Shown one piece after another: positions 58,216 through 64,000 of a stretch of DNA of 64,000 nt; position 1 is the stretch's first letter; each line of letters begins with the position of its first letter. Both the position numbers and the translations under genes were made by a program. This DNA is from an uncultured virus (IMG/VR IMGVR_UViG_3300024229_000001) (taxonomy: Duplodnaviria; Heunggongvirae; Uroviricota; Caudoviricetes): IMG/VR virus record IMGVR_UViG_3300024229_000001; one strand, given 5' to 3'. Below the pieces are notes generated by a model. It did not search any database, was not told the DNA's origin, and worked only from the letters and a program-made list of their open reading frames with translations.

Positions 58216-59295
58216 ATGTCTGAAGAGACCAAAGTAGAAGAGTTGGATCTCATTGAAGATGTTACTGAAGTAGAACTCCAAGATGATAACCTCGAAGAAA
58301 CAGTTGAAGTTGAGAACGAGGAAAGCATCGCGGAAGATGCCGAAGTTGAAGAAGTAGCTGAAGAAGTAGTAGCAGAAGAAGCTATTGAAGAAGCAGCAGC
58401 TCCTAAAACTAAGGCTGGTATTATTAATGCCATGTACTCAGAAATGTCCAAGATGAAAAAAGCCGACTTACAAGCCGCTTACGAAAGTATGATGGGTAAA
58501 GATGACGAAGACGGCGACGACGATGATGATGAAGAAGTAGAAGAAACAAAAGGTAAAGTAAAAGAGTCATATGACTTCGAAGCTGACCTTGATGCCTTGG
58601 TATCTTCTGATGATTCATTATCCGAAGGATTCCAGGAAAAAGCAGCAACAATCTTTGAAGCAGCAGTGAAAACTAAAGTTTCAGCTGAGATTGATCGTTT
58701 AGAAGAAGAGTATACTCAGAATCTAGAAGAAGAAACAGCTGGTATTCGCAACGAATTAGTAGAAAAAGTAGATGGTTACCTTAACTACGTCGTTGAAAAC
58801 TGGATGGAAGAAAATCGTGTAGCAGTTGAAAATGGTTTACGCACAGAAATTGCAGAATCATTTATGGATGCGCTTAAAGGCGTATTTACTGAGCATTACA
58901 TCGCTGTACCAGAATCAAAAGTTGATATGGTAGACGATCTTGCTGAGCAAGTACAAGAGCTTGAAGGCCAACTTACAAAAGCTACGGAAGATAACATTCG
59001 TTTAAGCGAATCAGTATCAGATTTTCGTCGTGCAGAAATCTTAGCAGAAGCATCTAAAGACTTAGCAGTAACTGAAGCTGAAAAGCTTAAGACACTGGCT
59101 GAAGATGTTGATTTTGAAGATGCAGATACATTCGCAAGAAAAGTAGCTACATTGAAAGAATCTTATTTTGCTAAACCCGTAACAGAAGATGTAGAAGCTG
59201 CAGAAGTATCTATGAATGCCGATAACACTGAAGAAGTTCAGTTGTCGCCAATTATGGAAAGATACACCGCTGCTCTTGCAAAATCAGTAAAATAA
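58216..59295 (+). CDS. gp22: Prohead scaffold protein gp22
   Basis: Acidic coiled coil; KAATIFEAAV, YLNYVVENW, LKESYF. Confidence 0.93.
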   Translation: MSEETKVEELDLIEDVTEVELQDDNLEETVEVENEESIAEDAEVEEVAEEVVAEEAIEEAAAPKTKAGIINAMYSEMSKMKKADLQAAYESMMGKDDEDGDDDDDEEVEETKGKVKESYDFEADLDALVSSDDSLSEGFQEKAATIFEAAVKTKVSAEIDRLEEEYTQNLEEETAGIRNELVEKVDGYLNYVVENWMEENRVAVENGLRTEIAESFMDALKGVFTEHYIAVPESKVDMVDDLAEQVQELEGQLTKATEDNIRLSESVSDFRRAEILAEASKDLAVTEAEKLKTLAEDVDFEDADTFARKVATLKESYFAKPVTEDVEAAEVSMNADNTEEVQLSPIMERYTAALAKSVK

Positions 59296-59321
59296 AAATA
59301 TCCCATTAGGAGAAAACAATA

Positions 59322-60626
59322 ATGTTTAATGCAGAAAATGCATCTCAAAAATGGCAGCCAATCCTCGAGAGCGCTGCGATTCCAGAGATCAAAGACAACT
59401 ACCGTAAGTCCGTAACTGCGGTACTTCTCGAAAACCAAGAAAAAGCAATGCACGAAGAGCGCGCTGCTTTCGGCATGGTAAATGAAACAGCTGCTAACGC
59501 AACTGGCGCTGGTATCGATACTTTCGATCCAGTACTCATTTCACTTGTACGTCGTTCTATGCCAAACCTTATGGCTTATGACGTTGCTGGTGTTCAGCCA
59601 ATGTCTGGTCCAACAGGCTTGATCTTCGCAATGAAGAGCCGTTATAGCACAAAAGCTGGTGCAGAAGCTCTCTTCGGTGAAGCAGATACAGCTCACTCCG
59701 GTGCAGGTTCACATGCAGGTGATTCCGATTCATTGGGTTCATATGGTACAGATACTACTCCAGCTGATGACATCGAAGATTCATTTGCAACTGGTACTGG
59801 TATGGCTACTGCAGCAGTTGAAGCACTTGGTAACACAGGTGGCAACTTCGGCGAAATGGCTTTCTCAATCGAGAAAACATCAGTAACTGCAAAATCACGT
59901 GCGCTCAAAGCAGAGTACACAATGGAACTTGCACAAGACTTGAAAGCAATTCACGGTCTTGACGCAGAATCAGAATTGGCAAATATCTTGTCAGCTGAGA
60001 TCCTTGCAGAAATCAACCGCGAAGTAATTCGTACAATCAACGTAAAAGCTAAGCTTGGCGCACAAACATCTAACACTGCTGTAAACGGCGTATTTGATGT
60101 TGACGGTGACTCAGACGGTCGTTGGTCAGTAGAGAAGTTCAAAGGTTTGATCATGCAGATCGAGCGTGAAGCTAACACAATCGCGAAAGAAACACGTCGC
60201 GGTAAAGGTAACTTCATTATCTGTTCCTCAGACGTTGCATCTGCTCTTGCAGCAGCTGGCATGTTGGACTACACACCAGCACTTGCAGCTAACTTGAACG
60301 TAGATGACACAGGCAACACATTTGCTGGTGTTCTTAACGGTCGCACAAAAGTATACATCGATCCATATGCAACACAGGATTATGTAAACGTAGGTTACCG
60401 TGGTACAAACCCATACGATGCAGGTCTTTTCTATGCACCATATGTTCCATTAACAATGGTTCGTGCGGTAGGTGAAGAAGACTTCCAGCCACGTATTGGT
60501 TTCAAAACACGTTACGGCATGGTTGCTAACCCATTCGCGGGTGGCGCAGCTTCTGCTGAAACTGGTACAGATCGTGCAAACCAGTACTACCGTATCTTTG
60601 CTGTTACAAACATCTTAGGCACATAA
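59322..60626 (+). CDS. gp23: Major capsid protein gp23
   Basis: KWQPIL, GVQPMSGPTGLIFAM, SRALKAEYTMELAQDLKAIHGLDAE, FQPRIGFKTRYG. Confidence 0.98.
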   Translation: MFNAENASQKWQPILESAAIPEIKDNYRKSVTAVLLENQEKAMHEERAAFGMVNETAANATGAGIDTFDPVLISLVRRSMPNLMAYDVAGVQPMSGPTGLIFAMKSRYSTKAGAEALFGEADTAHSGAGSHAGDSDSLGSYGTDTTPADDIEDSFATGTGMATAAVEALGNTGGNFGEMAFSIEKTSVTAKSRALKAEYTMELAQDLKAIHGLDAESELANILSAEILAEINREVIRTINVKAKLGAQTSNTAVNGVFDVDGDSDGRWSVEKFKGLIMQIEREANTIAKETRRGKGNFIICSSDVASALAAAGMLDYTPALAANLNVDDTGNTFAGVLNGRTKVYIDPYATQDYVNVGYRGTNPYDAGLFYAPYVPLTMVRAVGEEDFQPRIGFKTRYGMVANPFAGGAASAETGTDRANQYYRIFAVTNILGT

Positions 60627-60657
60627 TAAAAAGAGTAGGATTTAACCTACCAACCTT

Positions 60658-60684
60658 AAGGGGCTCTTCGGAGCCCCTTTTTTT
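60658..60684 (+). terminator. Rho-independent terminator after gp23
   Basis: AAGGGGCTC-TTCG-GAGCCCCTTTTTTT. Confidence 0.92.
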
Positions 60685-60727
60685 ATCATATAAATAATGG
60701 TATAATCTAATATTAGAGAGAACGATT

Positions 60728-61240
60728 ATGGCATACACAAATGAAATCAATTATTCTATGGAACCAACCTCTACACTTGTAGAGAATATTAACTTTGCGA
60801 ATCCGTCAAGTTTCCGTTTAGTAATCGACAATCTTAAATATCCAAATGCCCAGTACACTGTTCAATTAGCTTCTATTCCTGATATGTCTGTTGATGGTGC
60901 TAGCTTTAATACGCCAAAAAGAAACATTCTTGCTTCTGCTGATAAGATTGTATATGCACCATTACAACTTACATTTATTGTAGATGAAAATTTTACCAAC
61001 TATAAAGAAATTCATGATTGGATGTTTGGTATGGTTGGCCAGGATGATTTTGGTGTTCGTAAAACACGTGATCTTACGCTGATCATATATAATTCCAGTA
61101 ATAACGTAGTACAAGAAATTCAATTTGCTGATGCTCATCCATCAAGTTTATCTTCACTACCGTTTGAAACTACGGGTGAATCAGTGAACTATCTAACAGC
61201 AGTAGCGGAATTTAATTACAGTTATTATAAATTCTCATAA
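60728..61240 (+). CDS. gp3: Tail tube terminator gp3
   Basis: F.VDENFTNY.EIHDWM, F.DA.P.SLS; late promoter at 60689-60696. Confidence 0.88.
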   Translation: MAYTNEINYSMEPTSTLVENINFANPSSFRLVIDNLKYPNAQYTVQLASIPDMSVDGASFNTPKRNILASADKIVYAPLQLTFIVDENFTNYKEIHDWMFGMVGQDDFGVRKTRDLTLIIYNSSNNVVQEIQFADAHPSSLSSLPFETTGESVNYLTAVAEFNYSYYKFS

Positions 61241-61255
61241 AGGTGAAATTATATT

Positions 61256-61702
61256 ATGTTAAATCTTGAAGAAATTTTTAAAATGTGGGCCAAGGATTCT
61301 GAGATTGATGATCTTAGACTTGACGAAGCTTCAAAGAAAACTGCATCACTTCACGCAAAATACCTAGAAATGCTTTCTGTATCTAAGCTTCAGCTGAAGC
61401 GTAAAGATATGGAATTTAAAGTGCTGCTTAAAAATAAGTGGTTGTGGTATAATGGCAAGATGCCAAGAGATCAGATTGATGAGCTTGGTTGGGAATATGA
61501 CGCACTCAATGGATTGAAGATTCTGAAAGGTGAAATGGATTACTATTATAATTCAGATCCACATATTCAAGAAATGCAAGCAAAGATTGACTATCTAAAA
61601 ACATTAATTGAGACTCTGGAAGAAATCATAAATAATATTCGTTGGAGACATTCAACTATTAAAAATATGATTGATTGGAGAAGGTTTGAGAGTGGCGGAT
61701 GA
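61256..61702 (+). CDS. uvsY: Recombination mediator UvsY
   Basis: W.KDS.ID, LHAKYL, IKN.I.W..F..G. Confidence 0.9.
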   Translation: MLNLEEIFKMWAKDSEIDDLRLDEASKKTASLHAKYLEMLSVSKLQLKRKDMEFKVLLKNKWLWYNGKMPRDQIDELGWEYDALNGLKILKGEMDYYYNSDPHIQEMQAKIDYLKTLIETLEEIINNIRWRHSTIKNMIDWRRFESGG

Positions 61703-63198
61703 GCGACCTTAAAATACATAATAAAAATCATGCTTTCATACATATTGATTGTGAACCATCTGTTGCTAATGAGCTTTCAGATTTTTTCACGTTCTATGTT
61801 CCTGGTTATAAATTTATGCCAGCATATAAGAATAAAATATGGGATGGTAAAATCCGTTTATACGATGTTCGTAAAAAAGAGCTTCCAGCTGGGCTATACA
61901 AGTACGTAGAAGAATTTGCAAATACACCTGGTCGCGATTACCACATCGCCTTAGAGCATGACAATTATTATGGATTAGCTGGATCTAAGGTTGATGTTGA
62001 TATGTCATTCGTGAAAGATATGACTATTACATCTAGAGGAAAAGAGATTGAACCCCGTGATTATCAATTAAATGCTATTGAGCAAGGGTTAACTAATAAG
62101 CGCAGTTTACTTATTTCGCCAACGGCATCAGGTAAATCACTTATCATTTATTCTCTTATTCGTTGGTATCTTAAAAATTACGATAAGAAAGTAATTATTG
62201 TTGTTCCTACCACTTCACTAGTAGAACAGATGTACAAAGATTTTGGTGACTATTCTGAATTTGACGATGGCTTTGACGTAGAACAACTTTGTCATAAGAT
62301 TTATTCTGGAAGGGAAAAGATTTTTGACCAAAAGATTGTTATCACAACTTGGCAATCTGTGTATAAAATGCCAGGACATTGGTTTGAAGATTATGGTATG
62401 GTTATTGGTGATGAAGCACACACGTTCAAAGCAAAAAGCCTTACCTCTATTCTTTCAAAGTGTAGAGAAGCTGAGTTTAGATTTGGTACTACAGGTACTC
62501 TTGATGGTACTAATACTCATAAACTTGTTCTTGAGGGCTACTTTGGACCTGCGTATTATGTGACTACAACAAAGAGTCTTATGGATGAAGGTTCTTTATC
62601 TACTCTAGATATTTCTGTTCTATTGATGAAGTATTCTGATGCTGAATGTAAGCTTATAAATAAAGTTAAGTACCAAGAAGAAATAAACTTTCTTGTTGGT
62701 CATGAAAAAAGAAATAGCTTTATTTCAAATCTAGCGCTTGATCAAGATGGTAATACATTAGTACTTTTCCAATTAGTGGAAAAACATGGTAAACCATTAT
62801 ACGATATTATTAAGAGTAGAGCTCACCCAAGAAGAAAAATCTTTTTTGTTTCAGGCGCCACTGATGTAGATACAAGAGAGCAAGTCAGATCTATTACTGA
62901 AAAAGAAAAGAATGCTATTATTGTTGCGAGTCTTGGCACTTTTTCTACTGGTATTAATATTCGCAATCTGCATAATATTGTATTTGCATCTCCATCAAAA
63001 TCTCAAATCAAAGTCCTACAATCAATTGGCCGCGGATTGAGAAAATCTGAAGATGGTAGAGATACAAAGCTTTATGATATTGCCGATGATCTACATTGGA
63101 AGAGTAATAAGAACTATACACTCAACCATGCAGCTGAACGAATTAAGATCTACACAAAAGAAAAATTCAAATATAAAATTTATGAGATAACTTTATGA
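61699..63198 (+). CDS. uvsW: DNA helicase UvsW
   Basis: SPTASGKS, DEAH, FSTGINI.NLH, LQSIGRGLR. Confidence 0.96.
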   Translation: MSDLKIHNKNHAFIHIDCEPSVANELSDFFTFYVPGYKFMPAYKNKIWDGKIRLYDVRKKELPAGLYKYVEEFANTPGRDYHIALEHDNYYGLAGSKVDVDMSFVKDMTITSRGKEIEPRDYQLNAIEQGLTNKRSLLISPTASGKSLIIYSLIRWYLKNYDKKVIIVVPTTSLVEQMYKDFGDYSEFDDGFDVEQLCHKIYSGREKIFDQKIVITTWQSVYKMPGHWFEDYGMVIGDEAHTFKAKSLTSILSKCREAEFRFGTTGTLDGTNTHKLVLEGYFGPAYYVTTTKSLMDEGSLSTLDISVLLMKYSDAECKLINKVKYQEEINFLVGHEKRNSFISNLALDQDGNTLVLFQLVEKHGKPLYDIIKSRAHPRRKIFFVSGATDVDTREQVRSITEKEKNAIIVASLGTFSTGINIRNLHNIVFASPSKSQIKVLQSIGRGLRKSEDGRDTKLYDIADDLHWKSNKNYTLNHAAERIKIYTKEKFKYKIYEITL

Positions 63199-63584
63199 TA
63201 GAAGAAAATGATTCTATAGAAGAAATGGATATTCAACATGTAAAGTTATCTGATGGTAGCGAAATTGTGACATATATAAATTCTACTGAAGGTGCTTCAA
63301 TTCTTGTTGAAAGACCTATGAATTTAAATCTTGTAACTGCTGCTAATGGATATGACACTTATTACTTTACAAAATATTTCCCATTTGCAAAAAACAATCT
63401 GGTCAAGTTAAACTCGCGAAATGTAATTTCTGCGAGTGAAGTAACTAGTGAAATTAAAGAAAAGTATATTCGAGCGGCTCTTCGGTCTGATAATACTAGT
63501 GATATAGATAATGGTATGGCAGACCTTGATGACGATGATATGGATCTAAATTTTATGGAATCACCATCTAAGAAGTTACATTAG
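63195..63584 (+). CDS. Conserved hypothetical protein between uvsW and gp55 (Sm-like)
   Basis: VKL..G.EIV motif; conserved T4-like synteny. Confidence 0.7.
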   Translation: MIEENDSIEEMDIQHVKLSDGSEIVTYINSTEGASILVERPMNLNLVTAANGYDTYYFTKYFPFAKNNLVKLNSRNVISASEVTSEIKEKYIRAALRSDNTSDIDNGMADLDDDDMDLNFMESPSKKLH

Positions 63585-63620
63585 AGATAGTATATCCCCC
63601 TCTCTCACCGGACTCTATTA

Positions 63621-63666
63621 ATTATACCACAGTTTTCCCAATCTGTAAACCCCTAAAATGCATTTT
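63621..63666 (-). promoter_or_regulatory. Early promoter on the minus strand (antisense, no downstream gene)
   Basis: Reverse complement reads AAAATGCATTTT-AGGGG-TTTACA, 17 bp, TGG-TATAAT. Confidence 0.75.
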
Positions 63667-63693
63667 TATGAAAATAAATTCATAAAAAAGTAG

Positions 63694-63722
63694 TGTACAT
63701 TTCCTTAGAATTAGTTTATAAT
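63694..63722 (+). promoter_or_regulatory. Early promoter of gp55
   Basis: TGTACA (63694-63699), 17 bp, TATAAT (63717-63722). Confidence 0.75.
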
Positions 63723-63752
63723 ATAACTAATAATATATGCTAGGAGTATATC

Positions 63753-64000
63753 ATGGCTAAAATCAAACCAAAAGATAAACCACATTATGTCAACAATAGA
63801 GAATTCTCTTATAAAGTAGTTGAATACGTCTCATCAGTAAATAAAGCCCAAGAGGAAGGTCAAGCACTTCCAGTTGTTACTGATTATATTGCAACCTGTT
63901 TCCTTAAGATTGCCGAAGGCTTGTCTCACAAATCTAATTTTATTCGATACACTTACCGTGAAGAAATGGTAATGGACGCTGTTGAGAATTGTCTAAAAGC
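63753..64000 (+). CDS. gp55: Late transcription sigma factor gp55 (5' part, runs off the window)
   Basis: Read manually: HYVNNREF...YIATCFLKIAEGLSHKSNFIRYTYREEMVMDAVENCL; AGGAG RBS. Confidence 0.95.
   Translation, partial: MAKIKPKDKPHYVNNREFSYKVVEYVSSVNKAQEEGQALPVVTDYIATCFLKIAEGLSHKSNFIRYTYREEMVMDAVENCLK

Noticed and set aside
51619..63198. Introns, inteins or homing endonucleases in gp17, gp20, gp23 or uvsW
   Set aside because: ORFs are uninterrupted and of ordinary length; no splicing or HNH/GIY-YIG motifs seen
63589..63596. 8-nt complementarity between the antisense transcript and the gp55 start region (AGTATATC)
   Set aside because: Too short and AT-rich to distinguish from chance

Overview
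This is a 64-kb segment of an AT-rich T4-like myovirus genome, probably marine. A permuted alphaproteobacterial-type tmRNA points to an alphaproteobacterial host. Bases 1-9 kb are an accessory/early region: small ORFs behind a family of sigma70-type early promoters, a two-piece tmRNA, tRNA-Asn, two unannotated structured non-coding islands, a 2OG-Fe(II) oxygenase and two cell-wall hydrolases. Then come gp33-gp59-gp32 and a minus-strand block (gp4, gp2, gp54-like, gp26, gp51, tape measure). A long plus-strand late block follows: baseplate gp48/53/27/5/5.4/25/6/7/8, many fibre proteins, gp13-gp23 and gp3. The window ends with uvsY, uvsW and the start of gp55. The best leads are: (1) the permuted phage tmRNA; (2) a tRNA-topology ~176-nt RNA next to tRNA-Asn; (3) a 20-bp hairpin whose loop is the exact antisense of a duplicated early-gene RBS; (4) a likely -1 frameshift fusing gp26 to gp51 just upstream of the tape measure gene; (5) a palindromic operator shared by early promoters, one of which fires antisense into the late block; (6) hydrolase domains appended to gp27 and gp5. 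All calls come from motif recognition by eye; no searches were run.
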